A stretch of 64,000 nt of DNA from an uncultured Clostridia bacterium (GCA_947632225.1 CANROM010000001.1:2261-66260), one strand, 5' to 3'; shown: positions 19,750-29,903, counted from the first letter of the stretch. Numbers and translations are program-made. The notes: generated by a model from the letters alone, not told the origin.

Positions 19750-20466
19750 ATGCTTAAGGAAGAAACTATTCAAGCATTACTAAAAGTTGATACAAAAAAT
19801 CCCAACGACAATCGGATGTTAAGGATAATGTCGTGCTCAAACCCAATTAAGGACCTATACGTGTACCACTTATCTGAAGTTAGAGAATCACTTAACAAGT
19901 ATCCTAATAAATTTGAAGACATGCTCGTGCTTTGTATATATAAATTTGACTGTGACGTCTATGATTATTTAGAAGGTAATCGGCCAGATATTTATACTAA
20001 AACATGTGCTGTAAAACTAGATAAGGAACTTATTAAAGGTGCTGTAAACGAACTATATATGCTGTTTTCTCTAATTGCTGAAGCTATTTCATCTGGCGTA
20101 ATTGATCATAAAACTGTATGTGATATAGCTGAATACAAGATGCCAAACTATATTGCAATACTTCAGCTTTGTGGCTTAATAGATATAAATGATGATGTAT
20201 ATAGGTCAAAAATTCTATCAAGATTTCACAATATTAAAGATGAAATAATTAGCTACCGAGATATGAGAATGGATAAGGATAAGCTCTTAGAGGAATTTAG
20301 ACATCATCTTGAGTTTTTCTCTGAGCAACTAGACTATATTAAAAAATACAATATGTATGGAGAAGACTTTTTAGTCTATACCATTATGTTTGATATTAGA
20401 CATTATAAGCATAACAGAAATCAAAATAAAGTACTAAAAAGAAAGCAAGAAAGGCAAAGCATTTGA
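19750..20466 (+). CDS. Hypothetical protein, 238 aa, unknown function.
   Basis: Strong AAAGGAGG RBS. Plus-strand gene inside a minus-strand core. Codons are locally G/C-richer (CGG, TCG, CTC) than the neighbouring genes. No recognisable motif. Confidence 0.55.
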   Translation: MLKEETIQALLKVDTKNPNDNRMLRIMSCSNPIKDLYVYHLSEVRESLNKYPNKFEDMLVLCIYKFDCDVYDYLEGNRPDIYTKTCAVKLDKELIKGAVNELYMLFSLIAEAISSGVIDHKTVCDIAEYKMPNYIAILQLCGLIDINDDVYRSKILSRFHNIKDEIISYRDMRMDKDKLLEEFRHHLEFFSEQLDYIKKYNMYGEDFLVYTIMFDIRHYKHNRNQNKVLKRKQERQSI

Positions 20467-20512
20467 TAATTTTAAACTTATTATGTATAATTTATTTTGA
20501 GAGGTGTTGATT

Positions 20513-20806
20513 ATGAATGTTCAGTATCTAAAGTATCTGTTAATATATCTGCTAGCTATCAATATCATCGGTTTCTTATCTATGGGAATAGACAAATTTA
20601 AAGCAAAGCATAATATGTGGCGTACACCAGAAAATACACTTTTATTTATTCCACTAATTTTCGGAAGTGTTGGTTCATATTTAGGTATGCGTATATTTAG
20701 ACACAAAACATTACATCCACAATTTAAGTATGGTATACCAGTAATGTTTGTTATAAATGTTATTTGCATTGCTTTAATACTTAAATATTTCATCTTTACA
20801 AATTAA
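20513..20806 (+). CDS. DUF1294-family small membrane protein.
   Basis: Two TM helices with the conserved ...GIDKFKAKHNMWRTPENTLL...GSVGSYLGMRIFRHKT... pattern seen in DUF1294 proteins. GAGAGG RBS. Start at MNVQY. Confidence 0.7.
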   Translation: MNVQYLKYLLIYLLAINIIGFLSMGIDKFKAKHNMWRTPENTLLFIPLIFGSVGSYLGMRIFRHKTLHPQFKYGIPVMFVINVICIALILKYFIFTN

Positions 20807-20834
20807 AGTCACCTGATTTAGGTGACTTTTTTAT
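20806..20834. terminator. Bidirectional terminator between the convergent DUF1294 and DedA genes.
   Basis: AAGTCACCT-gattt-AGGTGACTT hairpin followed by T6. Confidence 0.6.
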
Positions 20835-21436
20835 GCTATTTTTAATAACATTTTGGAAATAAAAACTAATCCAAAACTATATGCTAAAATTGTAAATGGT
20901 TTTAAAAATACTATAATTGCAATATACTTTTTTACATCTATATCTGTTACACCTGCTAAATAACATAAGAAATCATCTGGTGCAACAGGTAGTAATATAG
21001 CTACAGCAAAAAATTTCTCATACTTCTTCCCTTTATTTAACCATCCTATATATCTGTCTATGAGTTGTTTTTTAAATAATTTTTGTATTAAAGGCATACC
21101 ATATTTTCTTGCGATAAAAAATACTATAATTGAGCCAATTACTATTCCTACATAGTTATACACAAATCCCATAACTGGTCCAAATACCAAGACACCTACT
21201 CCTTGACTTACACCACCAGGTATAAGTGGAATTATAACTTGCACTATTTGTATAATTACAAATATTATTGGTGCCCATATGCCATATCCATCCAGAAACA
21301 TTTGCATTTTTTCTTCAGAGGTAAATATCTCTGCTTTAAGAGCATAATAAAAAAATATACATAAAAGAACTGTACCTACTATTGTAGATATGTTCATTAT
21401 TATTCTAAGGCTATTATTCTTCTTTTCCATTTGCAA
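20831..21436 (-). CDS. DedA/TVP38/TMEM64-family membrane protein.
   Basis: Multi-TM protein with the characteristic ...IPLIPGGVSQGVGVLVFGP..G...N..G...G re-entrant loop motif. Confidence 0.8.
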   Translation of the reverse strand: MQMEKKNNSLRIIMNISTIVGTVLLCIFFYYALKAEIFTSEEKMQMFLDGYGIWAPIIFVIIQIVQVIIPLIPGGVSQGVGVLVFGPVMGFVYNYVGIVIGSIIVFFIARKYGMPLIQKLFKKQLIDRYIGWLNKGKKYEKFFAVAILLPVAPDDFLCYLAGVTDIDVKKYIAIIVFLKPFTILAYSFGLVFISKMLLKIA

Positions 21437-22460
21437 TTACTTTATACTTTACGCAATTTTCATAAAAGTCTTCCCACATTTTCTTTACGTTTTCTTTTCC
21501 GTAAAATATATTTCCTTCCTTAGATTTTTCTTTAGCATGCTCATAATATTCTTTATCCTCTTTTAATTTTTTTATTTGCTCTATAAAATCACCAGTCGAA
21601 TCTCCATATAAATAAAAATCAAAGAGTATTCCATTATATATATCTAAGTCTCTAGTCAGTATTGGTAAATTTACACACATTGCCTCGAGTATTGACATTG
21701 GAAATAGCTCTTCATATGATGGTAAAAACATTACATCAGCCATATTATACACTTCATTCATCTTATCTCTGTTAATTAGTCCTAAAAAATGTACATTGCT
21801 TGGCAAATTATTTTTAATTACATTTTTTATCTCATCATATCCCTCACTCATCTTACCAAAAACAGCATCACCAGCCCATATAAATTCTGTATCTGGCATA
21901 CTTCTTGCTATTTCAATAAAATCAGTTACTCCTTTTCTCTTTTGAAGTTGTCCTACAGATAAAACTACAAACTTATCTTCTGGAATGTTATATTCCTCTC
22001 TAATTTTATTTTTTGAGTCCATATCTAAAGGATAAAACTTGCTTTTTGAGACATAATTTGGTATGTATGTAACTTTATCTTTAGAAATTCCATAGTTATT
22101 TAATACATCTATAAAATATGGTTTTACCACTACTAGCTTATCCATTCTGTTGTAAAAAGCTATTAGATATTTATAAAAAATATTTTTTATTGGCTTAATA
22201 AGATGTAAACTATTTTCTAGTGTTTCTGGAACAAAATGCACATATCCAACAGTTGTAGACTTATTCTTAAGAAATGGAGTCCACAAAAAATATTCAAGAT
22301 TTACAGTATGAAAATGTGTAATATTACATATTTCCATTTTATTTTCTTCAACTTCAAATTGGTTAATTTCTTTTACAAGGCTTACTTGTTCATCATGTGC
22401 AGATAATACGCCTTGTCCCTTTATTTTGTATGCACTAGACATCATATTTATTGTTAACAT
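21414..22460 (-). CDS. Glycosyltransferase family 4 (GT-B, 'group 1').
   Basis: C-terminal EELFPMSILEAMCVNLPILTRD matches the GT4 E-X7-E region. Co-oriented with the DedA gene and overlapping it. Confidence 0.8.
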   Translation of the reverse strand: MLTINMMSSAYKIKGQGVLSAHDEQVSLVKEINQFEVEENKMEICNITHFHTVNLEYFLWTPFLKNKSTTVGYVHFVPETLENSLHLIKPIKNIFYKYLIAFYNRMDKLVVVKPYFIDVLNNYGISKDKVTYIPNYVSKSKFYPLDMDSKNKIREEYNIPEDKFVVLSVGQLQKRKGVTDFIEIARSMPDTEFIWAGDAVFGKMSEGYDEIKNVIKNNLPSNVHFLGLINRDKMNEVYNMADVMFLPSYEELFPMSILEAMCVNLPILTRDLDIYNGILFDFYLYGDSTGDFIEQIKKLKEDKEYYEHAKEKSKEGNIFYGKENVKKMWEDFYENCVKYKVIANGKEE

Positions 22461-22554
22461 ATAATAAATCCCCCTCAGTCTATATAACGAACTTAATTAT
22501 AATTAGTTAACATTGAAAAAGACTTATATACACTACGTATATAAGTCCTCTTTA

Positions 22555-24276
22555 TTACATTTTTTCAGGACAGTCTATACCCAATATTCCTAATCCTTTT
22601 TTAATTACAATAGATGTTGAATATACAAGTATGCATCTTGCAAGTTTTAAATTTTCATCTTCTACATTTGCTACTGAACACTCATTATAGAAACGAGAGA
22701 ATAGTGTTGCAACATCTATTAAATAACGTGCAAGTACTGATGGTTCATAGTCATTTGCAGCTTTTTGTATAATACTTTTAAATTTTTCAAGTGATTTAAT
22801 AAGCTCAACTTCTTGCACAGTATTAAGTACACTCAAATCTATTTTGCTTATATCAATTTTTTCTATATTAAATCCTACTTTTTCTAATATTGATCTTGTT
22901 CTTACATATGTATATTGTACATATGGTCCTGTCTCTCCATCAAATCTTAGAGTTTCATCTATATCAAATATTATATCTTTATTTTTTCCACTCTTTAGAT
23001 AATTAAATATTAAAGCACCTACTCCAATTTGTTTTGATACAGTATCAATATTTTCAATATTAGGATTTTTATTTAATATAATATCTTTAGATTTTTTTAT
23101 TGCCTCTTCAATTAAATCATTTATATATACTACATTTCCTTCTCTTGTAGACATTTTACCAGTTTTAAGTCTAATCATACCATAAGAAACATGTACTAGT
23201 CCTTTTTGATACTTTTCATCTACTAAGTACTTAGCAGCTTCAAAAACTTGTTTAAAATGTAAAATTTGCTCTGTAGCAGTTATATATATACACTTTGTGA
23301 AATCATAAGTTCTTGCTCTATATAATATAGCTGCTAAATCACGTGTAGCATAAATTGTAGTACCATCAGATTTAAGTATTATACATGGTGGCATGTTATC
23401 TCCAACTTCTACTATTTTTGCTCCTTGACTATCTTTTAGGACACCTTTTTTATCTAGGATATCTATCACTTCCTGCATTTTATCATTATAGAAAGCCTCG
23501 CCATTAAATGAATCAAACTTGCTTCCAAGTATTTCATAAATTCTATTGTATTCTTTTAAAGATATCTCTCTGAAACTTTTCCAAAGCTTAAGTAATTCTT
23601 CATCTCCATTTTCAAGCTTTTTGAAGTTTTCTCTTGCTATATCTATGATACTTTCATCTTGCTTTGCTAGTTGATTTATCCTTGTATAAATATCAGATAA
23701 AGCTTGAAGTGGGTTTTCTTCTAAGTTATATTCATCTTTAAATCTTCTATATCCTTCTATTAAAATTCCAAACTGTCTTCCCCAATCTCCTAAATGATTT
23801 ATACCTATAACATTATATCCAAGCTCCTCATATAAGTCATATAATGCTTTTCCAAGTACAGTATTTCTAAAATGTCCTAAGTGAAAAGGCTTAGCAATAT
23901 TAGGAGAAGAATATTCTACAATAATATTTATACCTTTTCCTTCCTCTGATTTGCCATAATTTTGCCCTTTATTTACAATTTCTGTTAAAACATCATTAAC
24001 TATATTCTCACTATTCAAATAAAAGTTTAAAAAGCCATTTAGAGCTTCTACCTTTGAAAGTGAATTATTAAGAATAATTTTTGATTGCAAATCATTAGCT
24101 ATGTTTATAGGTGAGTTTCTTAAAACTTTAGATAAGTTAAAACAAGGATATGCAAAGTCCCCATTTTTCTTATCTTTTGGTTTTTCTATTTTAGATTCAA
24201 TTTCTTCTAATGATACTTGCTCATTTCCTAATGCATCATATATAATTTTTGCAATTTCAGCTTTTACTTCTTCCAT
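22555..24276 (-). CDS. argS: Arginyl-tRNA synthetase.
   Basis: 573 aa. Class I HIGH-type motif (PNIAKPFHLGHFRNTVLG) and the ArgRS anticodon-binding C-terminus. Confidence 0.95.
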   Translation of the reverse strand: MEEVKAEIAKIIYDALGNEQVSLEEIESKIEKPKDKKNGDFAYPCFNLSKVLRNSPINIANDLQSKIILNNSLSKVEALNGFLNFYLNSENIVNDVLTEIVNKGQNYGKSEEGKGINIIVEYSSPNIAKPFHLGHFRNTVLGKALYDLYEELGYNVIGINHLGDWGRQFGILIEGYRRFKDEYNLEENPLQALSDIYTRINQLAKQDESIIDIARENFKKLENGDEELLKLWKSFREISLKEYNRIYEILGSKFDSFNGEAFYNDKMQEVIDILDKKGVLKDSQGAKIVEVGDNMPPCIILKSDGTTIYATRDLAAILYRARTYDFTKCIYITATEQILHFKQVFEAAKYLVDEKYQKGLVHVSYGMIRLKTGKMSTREGNVVYINDLIEEAIKKSKDIILNKNPNIENIDTVSKQIGVGALIFNYLKSGKNKDIIFDIDETLRFDGETGPYVQYTYVRTRSILEKVGFNIEKIDISKIDLSVLNTVQEVELIKSLEKFKSIIQKAANDYEPSVLARYLIDVATLFSRFYNECSVANVEDENLKLARCILVYSTSIVIKKGLGILGIDCPEKM

Positions 24277-24292
24277 ATTTTCTTCCTTTCGA

Positions 24293-24619
24293 TTATCTAA
24301 CTATTCCTTTAGCATAATTTTCTATTATCTTATATATTTCCTCTTGATTATCATCTGAGGCTACAATATTTCTTACTTCTTTGCCACATTTTTGGCATCT
24401 GTATATAATTACTTTACCTTTTTTTGCTGTATCAATTACATTTATTGGTATAAGTAGTCCTTTGCAATCATTTGCTCTATCTCCTGGAGTTATATCTACA
24501 TGTAATGAATATAGGCAATAATTACAATGGTCTCTTGAGGTATATTTAAGCTTTTCAACTTTCCTATTGCAATTTACACATATAAATTCATTGTCATTTT
24601 TAACAAACATATTTTTCAC
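24293..24619 (-). CDS. Small Cys-rich zinc-ribbon protein (RNHCP-domain-like).
   Basis: CVNCN...RDHCNYC...CQKCG pattern of paired Cys ligands. 16 bp upstream of argS, so probably co-transcribed. Confidence 0.5.
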   Translation of the reverse strand: MKNMFVKNDNEFICVNCNRKVEKLKYTSRDHCNYCLYSLHVDITPGDRANDCKGLLIPINVIDTAKKGKVIIYRCQKCGKEVRNIVASDDNQEEIYKIIENYAKGIVR

Positions 24620-24698
24620 CTTAATGCTAATATTTTACTACATTATGTATAATTTTTCAATATTTACTAAAATTAAAGAGCGTATTATACGCTCTTTA

Positions 24699-25427
24699 CT
24701 ATGCCACCTTTTTGCTTTTCTCAATCATTTTTTCTGCTCTACTGCTAAACTTATACCCTATTATACCTAATATTAAGAATACTACTACAAGTAATACAGC
24801 TATTAAGAAATTCCCCTCAGATAAATTATTGCCTGCATAAACAGTTATAAATAATCCTGGTATTCTTGCAACAGTTGCAATAAATAAAAATCTTTTTGTA
24901 TCTACTGGACTAATTCCTGCTACATATATAAATATATCTTTAGGAATTAGAGGTATAACAAACATAATGAACATAAAAAGCTCTAATTTTCTTGGATTTT
25001 TAAATATCTTTTTCTTCTTAATCTCTTGTATTTGTTTCTTATCAAAAAATATTTGTATAAAGCTCATACCTATCTTTCTAGTAACAAAGAAAACTATTGC
25101 AGTACCAATAAGAATACCTACTAAGCATAACGCCATTCCTCCCAATGTTCCATATAGCATTCCAGCTATTACTTCCATTGGTTGTCCAGGAATTACTGCA
25201 ACTACAATCTGTAATATTTGTAGTCCTAATGTCATTAGCACACCTTTGATACCCATATTTGCAATATCTTGTTGTAATTCAGCTCTTGACGTTTCAGTTG
25301 AAAGCTTAGAAATAAATGGTAAAGCTTTTATTGTTAAAAATACGATAAGTCCCACAGTTATTGTAATAATTACAAATCTAATGGCTAGTATCTTCTTTTC
25401 TTTAGCACTTAGCTTATTTCTCGTCAT
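24699..25427 (-). CDS. DedA/TVP38/TMEM64-family membrane protein. Second copy in the window.
   Basis: ...AVIPGQPMEVIAGMLYG...G.LIGTAIVFFVTRKIG... motif. Paralogous to 20831..21436. Confidence 0.8.
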   Translation of the reverse strand: MTRNKLSAKEKKILAIRFVIITITVGLIVFLTIKALPFISKLSTETSRAELQQDIANMGIKGVLMTLGLQILQIVVAVIPGQPMEVIAGMLYGTLGGMALCLVGILIGTAIVFFVTRKIGMSFIQIFFDKKQIQEIKKKKIFKNPRKLELFMFIMFVIPLIPKDIFIYVAGISPVDTKRFLFIATVARIPGLFITVYAGNNLSEGNFLIAVLLVVVFLILGIIGYKFSSRAEKMIEKSKKVA

Positions 25428-25493
25428 TGTATACCTCTTTTCCAGTACATTTTAACATATTATGTAAATAATATCAAGTAAAAGCAATATCTA

Positions 25494-28118
25494 TCACATA
25501 TTTTGATTTTCATTATATAAATCTAATATTGCAGCAGCATCTACAGAATTAAGTCTTCCGTCCTCATCCATATCTGCTATATCAAGCTCTTGAGATGATG
25601 GACTTCTATTTGTATATATATCTATTACAATAGCAGAATCTTCACTATTTACTTTGTCATCTAAGTTTATATCTCCTTTTAAGTACTGTCCAACTCTAAC
25701 TTTAGACTGAGCTATTATTCCATCGACATTTGCAGTTATAACAGTTTCACCATCACTTAATGCTGTTACTTCTCCATTTTGATCTACTATTGCAACTTCC
25801 TTATTAGAACTGCTCCAAGTAACATTTTCTGGTTTAGCAGTAATTGGAGTAATATTTAATTTTAACTCTTCTACATCACCTTTTTTAAGGGCTAAATATT
25901 TCTTTGTTATTTGAGCATTAGTTACTACTTTTTCCATATCAAAAAAATCTACTGAGTAATTATAATTTAGCTTGTCACCTGCTTCATTACGTATTGCTGT
26001 AATTGAAACATCTATCTTACATTCAGGCATAGTTTTACCTGAGCCACCAAGTTCTTCAATTAACTCTAAAGGCATTTTAAAACTTATTGCCATATAACCT
26101 CTCTCAAAGTCTAAATCTTGAGCATCATATGTTTTTCCATTATATTTAAATTGAACTCTAGTACCTGCATTTAATATTAAAGATGTTGCTCTAGTAACAT
26201 TTAAAGACCAGTATTCTTGTGTATAAAACAAATTAGCTGGAAAATATCCTGCAGATGGATAAGCGTAAAAATCTTCCTCCATATCATTTATTGAACTAAA
26301 GAAATTATAATACACAGAAAGAACAGAATAGTTTTTGCATAGTCCGAAACTAGTTTGAGTAGCATATGGCAGTAACAAATTCATTCTATGACCAACTTTT
26401 CCATTTTGGATACTAATATTATCTAAATCACTCATATATCCATCAATTGCCTCATATAAATATCTATCACCTTTTGAGCAATTAGCATTATATGTATCGT
26501 TTATATCATAGCCCATATAACATCCTGCATACGCCTCACTATAAAAGTTCATATCCATATCATCTGGTTTGTTTGGGGTATGTGTTAATGTATCTATTGC
26601 AGATAAAAGCACTGCGCCTTTTTGACTTCTTGCCATTTTGCTGCTATTTAGCTCTATACTGTCTGCTCCATAAAGCCATCTATAAAAATTTAGTCTTCTT
26701 AAAGTGTCATTTATAACTTCATCTTTTAAACTACCTTCTTTATATGGTAGAGAATCTGATGGAGTATTTTCATATTGAGAATTTGAATAATCATAATGAA
26801 CTGTTTCACTATATTTTTTTGCTATTTCTGTTTTAGTATGTGTCTGTGTTGTTTGAGTTGTATAGTAATAATCTTTAAATTCCTCTTCTTGTGACTTAAA
26901 ATCTGGTATAACAATTACTCTTCTTTCGCCCATATTATTATTTGCATCTGGCACAAAATATCTTACATATAGTGTGTCGTCAACACAAGTTATTCTCTCA
27001 ATTTTATTAGTATTGACATCTTGAGATATATTTAAATCAAGTTTTTTTACTCTCCTATAATCTCTATCTAGCACGTAAATTAAGTTTTTATCTCCAACTA
27101 CGTACATATATTCTCCAAGTTGCATATATGGTACATTATTATTGCCTAATGCTGAATAGTTTAGTGTTCTGCCTAAATTTGTTACTATTACATATTGTAC
27201 ATAAACTGGTGAGTCGTAATATAATGCAGCTACTTGTCCATATTGATTTACTGCATACTCTCCTTCTTCATCTAAGAACTGCCAATGTGGATCTCTGTAT
27301 GCATTATAATTATTTACTGTATAATTATCTTCATATACAAATTTACCATCAGATAATTTCTGTATGCCCTCAGATGGAAAGTTTCTTTTACTATCGTTTA
27401 ATCTAGAGCACAAAGAGAAAAATAAAGCATTATCTTTTGGAGATACTCCATTTAGTTTTATCTCAATTGTAGCATCATTTGACTCATATCTATATATGCT
27501 CTCTCCGTCTTTACTGTAAACAAAAGTATCTTTATAATCTGAAACTATATAAACTCTATCTTTACTATCAATTACAAAAGATGCATACTCATCTGTATCA
27601 TTTATTTTTAGGTCATTATATATGCCAAATTCACTTATATCATTACTTAAAGTATCATACTTTAAAATAGCAAGTGCATTACAAACCTGAGCTTGACTAG
27701 ATAAATCATATTGATACTCTGGTATATACCCTACGTATATATCTGTATCTCTAACAAAAGTAGCCATTTTCTTTGCATCTGTTTTTGTATAAATAACTTC
27801 ATTTGTATTATTTACAATATCATGTTTAACTATTGTAAAGCTATCTTTATCACAGGCTACCCAGTAATCATATAAATTATCTGAATATACAACATCGTCA
27901 CTTTTTACATTTGATAGGCCTGATTCATTATATATACTTGTATCTGCATTTTCAGCAGAAAAAGTCATTACATTATTTTCTACATTTTCTTCTAGTTTTT
28001 GTATTTTTTCACTTTCTTGCATATATCCATCTACATTAGCATTTACAATACTTGGCATAAAACATGATATAGCTATTGTAATTGCTATGCTAAAAAATAC
28101 AATTTTGCTTTTGCTCAT
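25494..28118 (-). CDS. Secreted multi-domain protein. Signal peptide, a roughly 430-aa N-terminal domain, a CAP (SCP/PR-1-like) domain, a Big_2 Ig-like domain, and a C-terminal type I dockerin.
   Basis: Signal peptide MSKSKIVFFSIAITIAISCF. CAP signatures LRRLNFYRW...GHRMNLL. The Big_2 domain lies in residues about 740-815. The dockerin shows two Ca-binding repeats, GDINLDDKVNSEDSAIVIDIY and ADMDEDGRLNSVDAAAILDLY. Start at the ATG 28116-28118 with an AGAGGTG RBS. Confidence 0.75.
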   Translation of the reverse strand: MSKSKIVFFSIAITIAISCFMPSIVNANVDGYMQESEKIQKLEENVENNVMTFSAENADTSIYNESGLSNVKSDDVVYSDNLYDYWVACDKDSFTIVKHDIVNNTNEVIYTKTDAKKMATFVRDTDIYVGYIPEYQYDLSSQAQVCNALAILKYDTLSNDISEFGIYNDLKINDTDEYASFVIDSKDRVYIVSDYKDTFVYSKDGESIYRYESNDATIEIKLNGVSPKDNALFFSLCSRLNDSKRNFPSEGIQKLSDGKFVYEDNYTVNNYNAYRDPHWQFLDEEGEYAVNQYGQVAALYYDSPVYVQYVIVTNLGRTLNYSALGNNNVPYMQLGEYMYVVGDKNLIYVLDRDYRRVKKLDLNISQDVNTNKIERITCVDDTLYVRYFVPDANNNMGERRVIVIPDFKSQEEEFKDYYYTTQTTQTHTKTEIAKKYSETVHYDYSNSQYENTPSDSLPYKEGSLKDEVINDTLRRLNFYRWLYGADSIELNSSKMARSQKGAVLLSAIDTLTHTPNKPDDMDMNFYSEAYAGCYMGYDINDTYNANCSKGDRYLYEAIDGYMSDLDNISIQNGKVGHRMNLLLPYATQTSFGLCKNYSVLSVYYNFFSSINDMEEDFYAYPSAGYFPANLFYTQEYWSLNVTRATSLILNAGTRVQFKYNGKTYDAQDLDFERGYMAISFKMPLELIEELGGSGKTMPECKIDVSITAIRNEAGDKLNYNYSVDFFDMEKVVTNAQITKKYLALKKGDVEELKLNITPITAKPENVTWSSSNKEVAIVDQNGEVTALSDGETVITANVDGIIAQSKVRVGQYLKGDINLDDKVNSEDSAIVIDIYTNRSPSSQELDIADMDEDGRLNSVDAAAILDLYNENQNM

Positions 28119-28162
28119 AAAGTACACCTCTTACTATTAATTAATTATATCAAAAGCCGAAA

Positions 28163-28192
28163 AAATAGTAAAGGAAATACATTTCCTTTACT
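28163..28192 (-). terminator. Terminator downstream of the uridine-kinase-like gene.
   Basis: Hairpin GTAAAGGAAAT-ac-ATTTCCTTTAC followed on the minus strand by a T-run. Confidence 0.5.
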
Positions 28193-28236
28193 ACTTATAT
28201 TACTTTTATATTTCATTACTCTTTTATATAAGTTTC

Positions 28237-29880
28237 CTATCTATTAAAGCATCCATTTCCAATGAACTCTCTTATTAGTGAGTCAATTGGAATATTAGAA
28301 GTTTCCATAGGTAAGAAATTATTTAAGTATTCGTACAATCTTCTTGCCTCTGCATAGTATTTACTAGACTTATCTAATTGTAATAATAACGGCTGTGCAA
28401 AAGTCTTCATAACGGCAGGCTCATATATTATACTTGAATTAAATATAACATCTACATCCTCAATATATGGGAAAATATACTTTTCTTCGCCTTTTTTAAC
28501 ATTTCCCCATAGTTCAAAAGTACGTTCAATTGTATGGCCACGAGTAGCAAAATCTCTAACCATTCTTCTTAAAAATCTTGTATCAGATGAAGAAACTTTT
28601 GTATACCCATCTATATTCAGTGTAGTTATTGGTGCAATATATATCTTATATTTATTCTTTGAAGGTGTAAACTCAGTAAGAATTGGATTTAATGCATGTA
28701 TTCCTTCTACAACCAACACATCCTTTGGCTTTAATGTTAAGAACTTACCATTATACCTTTTTGTACCAACTACAAAATCAAACTCAGGAAGCTCAACAGT
28801 CTCACCATTTATAAGCTTCTCCATATGCGTGTTAAATAATTCAATATCTAGAGCATCAACTCTTTCAAAATCATATTTGCCATCTGGTCCTTTTGGTGTA
28901 TCTTTTCTTTCTTTAAAATAGTTATCCATTGAAATTGTTATAGGGTTATAACCAGTAAGTCTTAGCTGTACACCTAACTGCTGTGCAAATGTAGTTTTTC
29001 CTGATGATGATGGTCCAGCAATTAAGATAAGCTTAATTTCTCTTCTCTTTTCAATATCTTGAACTATTTCTACAATTTTTCTTTGATGTATAGCCTCAGA
29101 TACTTGAATAGTATCATTCATATTATTTTTTAATATCTTTTCATTTAGTGCACCAATATTTGGTATTCCTAATATTTTCTTAAACTTATAAAACTCTTCT
29201 ACTGCATCTATTAGTCTAGAATCTCTTATTGGGCTTATTTTTCCATCTGAGCCAGGAGATACAAGAATAGCTCCATCTCTAAAAGGTCTTAAATCAAAAA
29301 CCTTCAAATAACCAGTTGATGGCACAAGTACTCCATAGAAGTTATTATATAGTCCATCACAAAAATAAATATTTGTATATGCCTTTAATCTGTTGGCCAT
29401 ATTTTGAATTTTATCCTCGTCACCAGATTTTTCATAATACATTGTAGCCTCATCAACACTTAAAGCTTTCTTTTCTATTGGCAAATTGCTATCTATAATC
29501 TCTTGCATTTTGTCTTTTATTTGTTTTATTTTATCTGCATCTAAATCAAAGTTTGGCATAATAAAATACTGATTTCTATTTATTGTTGCTTGAAAGTCTA
29601 CTTTTTGATTTCCAAATAGCTTTGTAATAGCCATATATAATATCATCTTTAAGCTTTTAGAATAAACTCTATATCCATCCTCTGTATCTATTTTTACAAA
29701 GCTTATATCTGAGTCTTTTACAAGCTCATAATTTTGGAATTTAACCTCATTATTTACTGTTAGTGCAAGTATATCACTAACATCATCTTCAACCATTTTT
29801 ACAGCCTCAATAGCTGTTGTTCCATGTGGTACACTTATTTTTCTTCCGTCTTCAAAGTTTACTACTATTTTCTCGTTCAT
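28237..29880 (-). CDS. Uridine-kinase-family protein with an N-terminal TGS / ThrRS-like domain.
   Basis: P-loop GPSSSGKTT followed by the uridine kinase/PRK fold. The N-terminal roughly 230 aa resemble the TGS and second-additional domains of ThrRS. Confidence 0.85.
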   Translation of the reverse strand: MNEKIVVNFEDGRKISVPHGTTAIEAVKMVEDDVSDILALTVNNEVKFQNYELVKDSDISFVKIDTEDGYRVYSKSLKMILYMAITKLFGNQKVDFQATINRNQYFIMPNFDLDADKIKQIKDKMQEIIDSNLPIEKKALSVDEATMYYEKSGDEDKIQNMANRLKAYTNIYFCDGLYNNFYGVLVPSTGYLKVFDLRPFRDGAILVSPGSDGKISPIRDSRLIDAVEEFYKFKKILGIPNIGALNEKILKNNMNDTIQVSEAIHQRKIVEIVQDIEKRREIKLILIAGPSSSGKTTFAQQLGVQLRLTGYNPITISMDNYFKERKDTPKGPDGKYDFERVDALDIELFNTHMEKLINGETVELPEFDFVVGTKRYNGKFLTLKPKDVLVVEGIHALNPILTEFTPSKNKYKIYIAPITTLNIDGYTKVSSSDTRFLRRMVRDFATRGHTIERTFELWGNVKKGEEKYIFPYIEDVDVIFNSSIIYEPAVMKTFAQPLLLQLDKSSKYYAEARRLYEYLNNFLPMETSNIPIDSLIREFIGNGCFNR

Positions 29881-29903
29881 TTAATCAACCATCCTTTTTT
29901 AAA

